From: Curvularia clavata
Lineage: Eukaryota
DNA: 64,000 nt
Assembly (NCBI GenBank): GCA_023920165.1
Contig: CP089275.1
Coordinates: forward strand, 4,340,001-4,404,000
Direction of reading: 5' to 3'
Positions 38,122 to 49,800 of the stretch are shown piece after piece; position 1 is the first letter of the stretch, and each line of letters starts with the position of its first letter. The position numbers were made by a program, and so were the translations under genes. The notes beneath the pieces were generated by a model. It was not told the DNA's origin. It did no database searches and saw only the letters and a program-made list of their open reading frames with translations.

Positions 38122-38650
38122 GGAAGTGATGAGTGAACGTTGGTAGTAGGTCGAAGTGCCATTGAGTTGATTGCGTGGTCTTTATATACCTCAGAGTTCG
38201 AGAACTACCTCTCTCACAACCAGCAAACTCGAAGTTCAAAAGGAGCTCACTTATTTTGTCAACTCCGTAGAAAGCAACTGTGACAAATACTGCTACTTTG
38301 ATGGTAGATCGCCATGTTCCGGTTGCACCATTTGTAAGAGGGCCTGATGTCAAAGTAACACATTACTCAGATCAATTACTATTACAGTAGCTACAATGTC
38401 GCTAAACTATACAGTATGCAGCAATTGCAGTGCACCGCCTATTCCATGCTCAAGCAAGCAAATAGCGGATATGCCTATGCAAAAGGAAACCAAAAGACAA
38501 GCAGGACGGCCATGAAATTTCTCTCATACCAACCCACCAGCTCTACGTCTTCGTGTTCGTGTATCGTAACAATTCGTAACATCTTCATTATATGAATCCT
38601 AGGTTGTAAAACAGCCTCTGCGCTTCGGGAGGATCATACAGATCTCCAAA

Positions 38651-40217
38651 TTATAAGCAGAGAGCGCAAACGAAGAAAGAGATGAGTGCAAGCATGCTGC
38701 TGTCTCCAATATTTGAGGCTGCCCCCTGAGTTCCTGTAGGTCGTGCCGAATTGCCGGTTTGACTGGGTTGGTTGTTGTCGCTTCCACCTGTGGAGCTGGG
38801 GCTGGTGGTCTCGCCGCTTGGCTTGTTAGACCCATCCGAGACGATGTTGAGGTTCAGATTCTGGACTTGCTGGCCACTGTTGCCAAAGACCTTCTGCTGG
38901 ACGCTTGTCTGGTCGACGTTCACCAGATTTCCGTTCTGGGGTCTCGCGATGCCGTTGTCGATGAGATCCTGGCACCCTGGGCAGACAGCTGGAATTGTGA
39001 AGTTTTTGCTGAATTCATCTGCGGTTATGAGGCTGTTCTCACACTGGGGTGCTTTGATGTTGGTGGCTTGTGGGCTTGCTGATTCGAGGGCGCTGATGTT
39101 GAGCTTGTTGAACTGGCCTTGGAGGTTATTGTAGTCTTGCATCAGTTTGACGGAGCCATCCTGGTTGATCTCGACGAGGCCGTAGCCTGCCTCTTCGGCG
39201 GAGTACTCGTAAACAAGACCACCAGAGAGAGCCCGCATCTCTTCTCCATAGAGAGCCTGGACTTCGTTGAATTCACGAGGGGTTACGCGGTTGCAACCGT
39301 ATTCGCTGAACTGTGTAAATGTTAGTCACGTTTCAAAGTCCCAAAGGACCTGGCATATATCCGACTTACAAAGACAGGAATAGCGGACTCGGCAAACATA
39401 TTGGCCAAGGTGTCATAGCCAGAAGTTTGGATGTTGTCGCCATTGCACCAGCTATAAGAGTTGAGACCGAAGAAGTCTGAGGACGACTCGTCTTCCTCAT
39501 GAGCGCACTGCATATAAGCCCAAGTATCTTGCAGAATCTCACGCACATCAGCAGCTGAATAGCCAACAGGTATGGTGCGGTTGACATGATTCTTGATGTA
39601 GTTTTTCATGTCGCGTTGAACAGCGCGAATGTACTGCGGATTGAACTCGGCGGTTGAGAGGTCGTTCATAACCTCGTTGGCTGAGAAGAAACCAAGAGTG
39701 TTGGGAAAGTTTTTGAAATTCTCAATGATTCCAAAGGCACGGTTGAGGTAGTCGCTGTTGTAGCTTGTCCATGGCTCGGCACGGTTAATGCTTTCGCCTG
39801 GCAGAGGAGAGTTGACGTCAAGCAGCATATAGATGCCGGCAGCATTGAAGATGGAAGCACACTTGGAGTGGTCGAGGGTAGGGTCAAGGTTGTAGACGCG
39901 AAGTGTGTTCACGCCCAACTTTTGCATGAGAACTGCGTCTCGCAAACAGACATCGGAATTGGTGAGAGCATCTTCATTGTTCTGAGGCTGGTATGCGCCT
40001 TGGCCTCCCGGCTGGTAGTCGACACCGATGATCATCAAACGGTCGCCCGTGACAGAGTCAACGAAATCGCGGCCTCGAACCTCGACGGGGTTGACAGCAT
40101 GAGCAACGTAAGAGCAGAGGACTGGAAGCAGCAAAGCTGCGTGAGAAAGCTATGCAAGCTTATGGTTAGCGATGCGGGCACTGTCGGAAACATGGGAGTT
40201 GTTCTTACAGAAACCAT
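38651..40217 (-). CDS. GH72 1,3-beta-glucanosyltransferase (Gas/Gel family), GPI-anchored, no evident X8/CBM43 domain
   Basis: GVDYQPGG, CLRDA, GVNTLRVY, FFSANEV, IPVGYSAAD, FFGLNSYSWC, FSEYGC, SGGLVYEY; Ser/Thr-rich tail and hydrophobic C-terminus. Confidence 0.92.
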
Positions 40218-40680
40218 ATCAGTGAATGACTGTCAGACAACAAAGCTGGTAGAAGGAAAGACGCGAATGCCCTGCAGGATAACGCCTGGCGACTCAGGCA
40301 ATTCTTATACGACTAGGATTACTGGGTAGTGTAGGTGTCGCGATCGATATGCACCAACGCTAGTTGCAGGCAATCTTGGCCGTGGAGGATCAGCTAAGAC
40401 GGATTGCTTGCCGGCTAGTGTGCAGTGATTCGAGGGCGCAGGGAACGTTGCAGTGTAGAATGCCGGACGGCTACGGAAGTGAACGAGCGCGTGTGTGAGT
40501 GAGTAGAAGGAAGACAGATGAAGACACTTGCACCACTACAAGGCCACAACAAACACAACAAGGGCAGGAACAAAATTGTACACAGGGAAGGCGCTGCTGT
40601 TTGTCATCTTATTGCGGTAAGCACCTCGACCCCCACGAGGCAAGAGCAGGATGACCTCAAGAGCGCCGGGCGTTGGCAAT

Positions 40681-40735
40681 GTCGGTAGTGGCAGTGTCAG
40701 TGTCAGTGTCGGTGCCAGTGCCAGTGCCAGTGCCA
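40681..40735. repeat. Imperfect hexanucleotide microsatellite (CAGTGY)n
   Basis: gtcggtagtggcagtgtcagtgtcagtgtcggtgccagtgccagtgccagtgcca upstream of the GH72 gene. Confidence 0.8.
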
Positions 40736-41243
40736 TGCTAGCGCGTATGGGACTTTGCTATCCTGGCTCAAGTTGGCCATGATATCTTGCTTTCAGTAGC
40801 GTCTTGGGTGGGCGAGCCGACTGCCTAAAAGTTCGCGTGTAACTGTGACGCCACTGCCATGCAACCCAGCCACTGCTTTTCTTTCTTATCTGCATCCTAA
40901 TCATCCTAGCCAAGACTCCGTCTGCGGCTCTGTCCGCCAGCCCACCATCGTTATAACATTTCACTTTCGTGCGCGTTTTTTACCCAGCATACCCGCCGTG
41001 GTATCCGTCCTGCTGGCCGAGCTAGCCACGGAGCCCAAATGGTCTATTACTCTCTGTGTGTGGGACACTTGTGCAGCTTCCTAGCTCGCCCCATACGCTT
41101 GACCTTGAGAAACCTGTCTACCGGCTGTTGGGGCCGTTAGAGCCCACTTTCGCCCAAACGATGCCATCGCCGATTTCCCCATTGGGCCGTTAGCGTGCGC
41201 GCTCACGCGCTTGGTGACAAAGTACGCCGGTGCGCTGCGCTCC

Positions 41244-42375
41244 TCATCCACTCATCTCCACGTCCTGCGCTTTGCGCTTCACCCCACCCTCGCTGCTCTC
41301 CATTTGTCCTTGGAACTTGGCCTGGACGGCTTCGAGCAGGACTTCCTTGACTACTGCGAGGCTGCCTACAGCCGCATGTGTGGCTCCTTCAATCAGCGCC
41401 TCGGGCTCTGCGCCAACATCTCCCTTCATCCACATCTCGGTGATTTCGTCTCTTGAAGCCAAATATCCCACTACGCATGCTGCCACCACCTCCTTGTGTT
41501 CCGCAGGACAAGGGTCCAGTATCCTAGCCAGCTCCTGCTCATTTTTCGATGATGGATTCCGTACCAGTGCTGCCACGCCACCACATACTACATCCACGCA
41601 ATCAATCCCTGCGTCGGTTATGGCCGCGCTGGCAACAGTTATGCACCCTGCCAAAACATTCAGCAGACCCCAGCCGCTTCCAATCGCACTGCCTTCGCTT
41701 GCCAGATCCCCCCACCAGCCATCTTCATCGCCCTCGAGAATCGTGACTACAACCTCCACGCCACTCTTGGGCCATCTTTCGCCAATGATGACGCCTCGTA
41801 ATGCCGTCTCTAAATGCACTCCCAGATCACGTTCTGTTGCGTCGCGTAGATAACCTCGCCGATGCCGTGTCGCAAACGGCGCAAACTTGACAGTAGTGGT
41901 AAGGAGGAGTGACGGACTAAAGGGCGCGCTGCGAGGTAGGGGCTTTGGACCTTGTATCGACGCCGTGATCTTCAGCGATGAAGTTGGTGCGATCAAACTC
42001 GTTTTGGGCGCAAGCGAAGACGATGGTATCTCAAGGTACGCAGATCCAGACGCAGAAGGTATGATTGATGTTTGGAGGACTGCGACGAATGGTTAGCAAG
42101 CGAAATCAGCGTAGTGGGTGCTTGCTGAGCACCACGAAGCTAGTGAATTGCTCCCTCGGAGCAAAACACCTCAATTGAGCGATCGTGTTGCTCCTAGAAG
42201 CACCGATGGAGGAGCTTGGCAACTCACAGATCTTGCGGAGCTCATTCGGGCCTCTTGATCTTGTCGGCCGCAACTTTTCGACATATTGTGGCTCTCTAAT
42301 AGTGCGCGCGAATATCGGCGCGCTTGTTCCGCCACTGGGCGCATTGTTTCTTCGCTTGTCGATATTTGCAGCCAT
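41244..42375 (-). CDS. MTR3: Exosome RNase PH-like subunit Mtr3
   Basis: DKRRNNAPSGGT..ELRKI|FLQTSIIPSASGSAYLE, GPKPLPRSAPFS, VKFAPFA, ERWPKSGVEVVVTILE, DAGIDCVD; intron 42080-42227. Confidence 0.88.
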
Positions 42376-42589
42376 TTTGCGTGCGTGGGGTTATGTGAAT
42401 GTTGGTGTTGCTGGGATTGTGGATGATCTCATGGTGGTAGACGCGCAAATTATGCATGACTAAGCTGCAGATCCGCGCCAAGAGTTCGTTCCTCAAGCTC
42501 AATTTTCCTTCGCGTCTGGACGAACTTTCTTTCTCACCACACTGCAACGCTCGAGGTAAGCCACCACCCCATTTTCTTCGCACCCAATC

Positions 42590-42666
42590 TTTCATGATTG
42601 ATACCCTTGAAATACGTTCTTGTGATCTCAAATGAGCTTTGAACACATGCACCACCCTCTGATCTC
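42590..42666 (+). ncRNA. snR55: Box C/D snoRNA snR55/U33 orthologue (18S Um1269, yeast numbering)
   Basis: Box C-like ATGATTG at 42594; box D CTGA at 42659; guide CATGCACCACC complementary to 18S GGUGGUGCAUG; the D+5 rule selects the U equivalent to U1269. Confidence 0.85.
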
Positions 42667-42762
42667 GTCTTTATCAGCTTCTGGTTGTACGACAAGCTTT
42701 GCGACTATAGCTGACCTGATTTCAGATGATAGAGCACCCACAATCTCGCAACAGTGCGCAGT

Positions 42763-42985
42763 CACTACGATGAGCCTGCCCGCAATATGCTAGCGACGCA
42801 TCTCAGTTGTCGGTTGTCTAGTCGCGCAGGGTGGCTCGAGCGATTGGATATGAGCATGGAATCCACTTGGACATGGAGAGTTTCGCTGTGCATAAGCTGC
42901 TATTTCAGCATGTTTGTTTGAGAACTCCAGTCCAATGTGGGCCATGGTTCATCTGCACTCCCTGCGAGACCGACCCTGAGCGTAT
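42763..42985 (+). ncRNA. Unassigned long intronic C/D-like structured RNA A
   Basis: ACGATGA at 42767 and CTGA at 42976, TACG/CGTA near the ends, two internal hairpins; lies in intron 2 of the snoRNA host. Confidence 0.5.
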
Positions 42986-43066
42986 CCATGCTATACTAAC
43001 CTACTGTTAGCAGCAAGCTCAGGCACTAACAATTGGTAAGTCGTCTCCTGCACTCCTACAACCTTC

Positions 43067-43147
43067 TTTCATGATGAACGTATTATTTCAGTTCTGCTTC
43101 CGAACTACAATGTGGAAGCTATATACCGCTTACCTTTATCTGATATC
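43067..43147 (+). ncRNA. snR61: Box C/D snoRNA snR61/U38 orthologue (25S Am1133, yeast numbering)
   Basis: Box C ATGATGA at 43071; D' CCGA at 43100; box D CTGA at 43140; guide CAGTTCTGCTT complementary to 25S AAGCAGAACUG. Confidence 0.87.
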
Positions 43148-43305
43148 GCTTTACTCTTTGCTTGTTTGATCAGCACTTCTCATAGACACTGCTGACAATT
43201 CAATCAGACCGCACAGCTACACAGCACAGCTCATCTCATGTATTCTGTTCAATGGTAAGCACTTCAACACCCTCCCCGCGCGCTAGGAAGAAAACTAGTC
43301 TATCC

Positions 43306-43521
43306 ATTCAATGACATCTGTTGCCGGGTCACCCTCCCACACTCTACTGGTCTTGACTGGAATGACGGGTTGTGGAGTTGCGGCACTGGCTTGTCCAGCG
43401 CTGCGTAATTGTGGTCTTTGAGCTGAAAGTTATGGCAGTCCGTCTTGGGCTGCCGCAACCAGAGGCCAGGTGATAGGGGTTGATTTAACACGGCTTTCTG
43501 AGCACAACGCCTTCTCTGAAT
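43306..43521 (+). ncRNA. Unassigned long intronic structured RNA B (C/D-like)
   Basis: ATTCA/TGAAT terminal complementarity, degenerate C-like ATGAC, terminal CTGA and several GC-rich stems; lies in the 309-nt intron 4 of the host. Confidence 0.5.
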
Positions 43522-44374
43522 ATTTTACGGGATTACAGCGTGTGCATGACTAACGGCGCTCAGATCACAAAGTGCAATAACAGCTTTACGGCTCGGCCCA
43601 TGAATGACACCGAGGGGTAGGATGATGGGAGTGCGTGGATTGGTCAGTAGCCTAGATGTAATCAATCACCTCGAAACGCGATTGCCTGTTCAAAATATGC
43701 ATACATGTTACGTTCCGTGTTACGTCTGTGTTCCTCAACGAGACGTTTGTAGCTGTGCTACGTGATCGGCTCCACAAGCCAACTGTTAGTACCGTTCGTT
43801 GTAGTTGCGTCCACTGGCTATGGTATCTGCCACACGACCTTGCAATGACGGGCGCATGGATACTGAAGCTCGGTGCTCTGTAAAGTGTATGTATTGGCGT
43901 TTCTACTCCGTCGAATTTCCGGGGATACGTACCTCCTGTCCATCATTGCTCTGAAACGGGCATTACTAGTCAGCTTGGCTTAGCTTCACGCCCCCGGGCA
44001 TCTTGCAAAGTGTCCGAAACACAACGATAAACGTTCACCATATTGTCAGGCCCGCGCATCGAATCCATTGACTGGTGCTATTGCTGCCAGACGCAGTCGA
44101 CCATCGACGGCTCATTTAAACTTTAGGGCAGCCTTGGCGACTGGTCCCTAGGCCAAGCCCGTACCGGAGTTTACCAAAGACGCGCAACCCTTCCATTGAT
44201 CCTACAACCCACTCTCTTCTCGTCGCACACCTTACGGCCGATTGCACTTCTCCCCTCACGGTATAGGGGAGAACAGAGCATCATTGTTTCCTGGCGCAGC
44301 CGGGCACCCTGGCAGGTCTTAATTGACCACGGTTTCAAAGGGACCGATCCTTATCTGGTACCCGTCCTACACGA

Positions 44375-46044
44375 ATGCTTCCCACGTACTCGACATCCAA
44401 GGGGAAAATGCATCGCCATGCGTTTTCCAACGGGGCGTATCCCTCCCAAGGAGGAGGTACTTTTTCTATCCAGCCTCACAAGTACGTCCACCACTGCCAT
44501 GCACAGCGCAAGTAAAGTGCGGCATCATCGCACCGCACCTCCTATACCTTCACGATTCCCTAGGGCCTTATTCTGACTTCCATTGTGTCTGCAGGTTCCA
44601 GCCTCGGTCACAACCTGCCCTCCGACGGCGAAGGACACTAATTCAGCGTCTGTTGCTGGTTGGGTCGCTTTTCTTTACGGCCCTCTTCTTTTTCTTCCCC
44701 AACCTACGACCAAACCTGGGCTCCGGACCTCTTAGCTTGATCACTTCGAACGGTGACACGCAACTCGAGACGGTGCGATATTACGATTTGAACAATGTGC
44801 AGGGCACAGCGAGGGGTTGGGAGAGAGAGGAGCGGATACTTCTATGTGCTCCACTGCGAGACGCATCACCGCATCTGCCCATGTTCTTCAGTCATCTCAA
44901 GAACCTCACATACCCGCACAATCTCATTGACTTGGCATTCCTAGTCGGAGATTCAAAGGACAACACCCTTGCGCTTCTTACTGAAAAGTTGGAAGAGCTA
45001 CAGGCCGACCCAGACCCAAAGCAACAATTTGGTGAAATTTCAATCATGGAAAAGGACTTTGGACAAAAGGTCGATCAGAACGTTGAGAGTCGTCACGGTT
45101 TCGCCGCGCAGGCCAGCCGCCGAAAGTCGATGGCGCAAGCCCGCAACTGGCTTTTGAGTGCTGCTCTGCGGCCTACGCACAGCTGGGTATACTGGAGAGA
45201 CGTGGACGTGGAGACTGCTCCATTCACTATTCTCGAGGATCTCATGCGCCACAACAAGGATATCATTGTACCCAGTATGTTCTAGTCCCAATAACGAGGA
45301 CAATTGTTGCTAACGTGCTCTAGACGTCTGGCGACCACTTCCGGACTGGCTCGGCGGAGAGCAGCCTTACGATCTGAACTCATGGCAAGAATCTGAAACC
45401 GCGCTTGCTCTTGCCGATACGCTCGATGAGGATGCAGTCATTGTAGAGGGTTACGCCGAGTATGCAACCTGGCGCCCACATTTGGCCTACCTTCGTGATC
45501 CATACGGTGATCCAGACATGGAGATGGAAATCGACGGCGTTGGTGGTGTCAGTATCCTCGCAAAAGCCAAGGTCTTCCGCGCCGGTTGCCACTTCCCTGC
45601 GTTCAGTTTCGAGAAGCATGCCGAGACAGAAGGATTCGGCAAGGTAAGGCATTATTCCTCATTTCTTAATAGCACGCTAACATTTCACAGATGGCCAAGC
45701 GCATGAAGTTCTCAGTCGTAGGTCTACCCCACTACACCATCTGGCATCTTTACGAGCCCAGTGTCGACGACATCCGGCACATGGAGGAAATGGAAAGGGA
45801 GCGCAAGGCGAAGGAGGCTGAAGAAGAAGCCAAGAAGGCCAAGGAAGCTAAGATTAAGGAATCTTTCGACGAAAAGAAGGGCGATTGGGAGAAGGAAAAG
45901 GCCGCCGTCCAGGAGCTGATTCAAAAGTCGAAGAACGAGGCCAAAGAGGAAGAGCAGACAAAACAGGAGGGGACCAAAGACGAGCCGAAGAGGGAAGAAG
46001 CCAAAGAAGAGAAGGCAGCAAAGAAAGAAGAGGGCCAATCGTAG
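44375..46044 (+). CDS. ANP1: Mannan polymerase II subunit Anp1 (GT62)
   Basis: FSIQPHK|FQPRSQPALRRRR plus TM anchor; HNLIDLAFLVGDSKD, ARNWLL, WRDVDVE, YDLNSW, ETEGFGKMAK, LPHYTIWHLYEPS; three introns; start at 44375 or 44408. Confidence 0.9.
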
Positions 46045-46844
46045 CACCTGCCGTACACTGATAATGTGAGGGGTTACCAGACTTGGATTTCTCCCCATTA
46101 AGACGGCTTCGCGCGTGCAGTGGGGATGCGCGGATACGGCAACGACAGTAACGACTTGGGTGGATCGGGGGGCGCTCATCTGAAACTCTCTTGTTTCTCT
46201 CGACTAACTGCATGGATTGGCCGGACGCCTATCGATACCACCATGTGATGTCTCCAGGCTGAGCCGACATCTATTTGTAGAAATCAAAGCATGTGGCTTT
46301 TTCTTACGGTGGGCGTTGAACAAGTATTGGGTAGGGTTGCATACATTAGACAGCAGCTGGTGCACCACGGGCGCTGTGGGCTCAGTAGTAGATTTGCGCA
46401 TCATGTTTGCCTGTAGTAATATTTAACAGTATATCGACTCGGTGGACATGGATGATTTCTCAGTGGTGTCTTTTCTGGGATCGTGCTTGGCCTATGATGT
46501 TGGTCGCACCCTGGCATGATCAGCGTGCGTCTCAGCAGCACCTCCGAAACTCCGCTGGAGCTAAGCCGCCAAATGTACGAATGTAACCACCAAAGACGTC
46601 TTTTGCCAGGTGCCTAGTCTTTACGAACACGTTCCCGGCGGAAAGTCTCACCCTGTGCTCCGGAAGTTTGGGAGACGCCTACCTTCCTAGGCAACAGTAA
46701 CAATTGGAGGATGCGTGTCATCTTCAAGTCGATCCAACCGTAGCATAACTATACTTGTCCATGTGCCCGCCGCCATAACGACACCGTGTCGCGCGCCATA
46801 CCTCCCCACCACATACCCAACGACACATCAGCTTTCCCGACATC

Positions 46845-49800
46845 ATGTCGAGCACCGACAGCGACGACAATGGCGCGTCAACCCTCCAAGAGACGGTCGC
46901 CAGCCTAGACCCCCGCCCTATCACCGTGGCAGTCAACCCAGTAGCTCTCGTCGTGACAGAATGTATCACCGTCACATCTGCCATGCGAAAGCATGCCCGT
47001 TGGGCGCACTCCTCAGTCGCCGCGATTCTGGGGAGCTCCTCGAACAAAGCACCCACTGTACAACGGCGCGATCGCACCGGACAGGGCATTGTCAGCGCAG
47101 GAGAACAAGAGGAAGTCGTTCCAAGCAGATGGGGATTGCGGGGAAAGAAGGGCAAGAGCATGCAAGACAACCCCCTCATGTCTGCATTTGCGCGCCTAAG
47201 GAATGATCTCAAGGGCTGTAAAGGTGGGAAATGCACTCACAATGGGCACCAGAGTTGTGCTAATGCTTCCATATTAGATATCAGGACGTTTGACACACCC
47301 GCTATGCTTCACCCCTTCCTCCAGGTCATTCGCTCGTCTTCCACCTCTGCACCGATTACCTCGCTCGCCCTCATTGCCATTACAAAGTTCTTGTCGTATG
47401 GTATCATTAGCCACGACTCTCCACGTTTACCAGAAGCCATGCAGCAGCTCTCGTCTGCCATTACACACTGTCGATTCGAGGCTACTGACTCTGCAGCGGA
47501 CGAAATAGTTTTACTTCGTATTCTCCGTCTCATGGAGGTCATGATTTCGGGTCGTGGAGGAGAGGTACTCGGCGACGAGAGTGTGTGCGAGATGATGGAA
47601 ACAGGCCTGAGCATGTGCTGCCAGGCCAGACTCTCCGAAGTGCTACGACGATCTGCCGAGGTCGCAATGGTGTCCATGTGCCAGGTCATATTTAGGAGGC
47701 TAAAGACGCTGGAGGTTGAGTCGCCAGATGAACTGGATGCCATGGACGAAGAGCTCGATGGCAAGGACGAGCAGGATGGCCTACGGATGGATCCAACTGC
47801 TGATGGGGGAGGCGACGCAGCACAGCACAAAGTCGAAGCACTTCAGTTATCGAGCGACCCAGACAAGAATCAGGAAGACAACGAAAGCACCGCGAACCCA
47901 GCGAGCAGTACTGTGGATCTTCCTGGAACAGCTGCCAACGGTGAGCCCCAGCCCGCTGTTGAGATCAAACCATACTCGCTCCCATCCATAAGAGAACTGT
48001 TCCGGGTACTAGTTGATCTACTGGACCCGCATGACCGACAGCATACAGACACCATGCGTGTCATGGCGCTGCGTATTGTAGATGTTGCACTCGAGGTCGC
48101 TGGGCCCTCGATCGCGAGCCACCCCAGTCTTGCAAACTTGGCCAAGGATACTCTGTGCCGGCACCTTTTCCAATTGGTTAGGTCGGACAACATGGCCATC
48201 CTGAACGAGTCATTACGAGTCGCTGGTACCTTGCTGGCAACGTGCAGGAATGTACTGAAGCTACAGCAAGAACTCTACCTTTCCTATCTTGTTGCTTGCC
48301 TCTTTCCAAGAGTGGAGATACCCATAGAGCCGGGTGTTGAACCTTCATTATACGAAGGCGTCCCACAGGCACCCAGCCTCATAAAGCAACCGCCTCAACA
48401 GAACAGTTCCAGCGGCCGGTCCACCCCAGTGCCTGTCAAGGACCGACAAAAGCTGGGTTTGGAGGGCGGTGCCCGAAAGCCTGATGCCCGAGAAGCTATG
48501 GTAGAAAATCTGGGTGGTTTGGTGCGGATATCGTCGTACATGGCAGAACTGTTTGTCAACTACGATTGCGAGATTGACCGTGGCGATGTCTGCATGGACA
48601 TTGTTGGACTTCTCTCAAGAAATGCCTTTCCAGACTCTGCAACCTGGAGTACTGTCAACGTCCCCCCTCTATGTCTGGATGCCCTCCTCGGCTTTGTTCA
48701 ATCTATGGCAGACCGTTTGGATGACGAACCAGTAACTGAAGGCTACCCCAGCGTTGACTCGCTTCGTGAACAGCGAGCACGCAAGGCCGTTATCATCAAA
48801 GGCGCAACCAAGTTCAATGAAAAGCCCAAAGACGGAATCGCATACCTTGCGTCAAAGGGCGTCATAGCTGATCCCAGTGATCCCAATTGTGTCGCCGAAT
48901 TCATCAAAGGCACAACAAGAGTTGACAAGAAAGTCCTTGGAGAGTTCATCTCGAAGAAAGGAAATGAGGCGATACTCAGTGCGTTCATTGACTTGTTCGA
49001 CTTCACTGGGCAACGCATTGATGAAGCACTCCGACAGCTTCTGCATACTTTCCGTCTTCCTGGCGAATCTGCACTGATTGAAAGAATTCTCACAGAATTC
49101 TCTGAAAAGTATTTTAAGATGGCAAAGCCCGAAGGCATCGCCAATGGCGACGCCATCTACATTCTCACATATGCAGTCATCATGTTGAACACCGACCAGC
49201 ACAACCCGAACATGAAACAGAAGCGAATGCAGCTAGAAGATTTCAGGAGGAACGTACGCGGTGTCAATGACGGAAAAGACTTTGATGCCGAGTTCCTGGA
49301 GAAGATCTACGAATCCATCAAGAACCGTGAGATCATCCTGCCCGAGGAGCATAGTGATCGAAATGCCTACGAGCACGCATGGAAAGAACTACTGGTCAAG
49401 TGTCAATCCACGTCAGATATTGTCATCTGTGACACCAACATCTTTGACGCGGACATGTTCGCGGCGACATGGAAGCCCATCATAGCGACATTGTCATATG
49501 TTTTCATGTCTGCTACCGACGATGCTGTCTTCTCGCGCGTTGTTCAAGGCTTTGACCAGTGCGCTCAGATTGCGGCAAAATACAGCCTTACTGATGCCTT
49601 GGACCGCATTATTTCGTGCTTGTCATACATTAGCACATTGGCGCCTGATGTGCCCCCAAGCACCTCGCTAAACACCGAAGTTCAGGCTGATAAGAAGAGC
49701 GTCATGGTCAGCGAGACTGCTGTACGATTTGGCCGTGATGCCCGAGCACAGCTGGCCACGGTCGTGCTGTTCCAAGTCATCAAAGGCAATGAAGCATCGA

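Larger units (their letters stand above)
42520..43620 (+). ncRNA. Non-coding polycistronic snoRNA host gene with four introns (ends approximate)
   Basis: Introns 42556-42725 (GTAAGC..GCTGAC..CAG), ~42754-43009 (GTGCGC..TACTAAC..TAG), 43036-43207 (GTAAGT..GCTGAC..CAG) and 43255-43563 (GTAAGC..GACTAAC..CAG); internal exons only 26-47 nt with no ORF. Confidence 0.8.
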
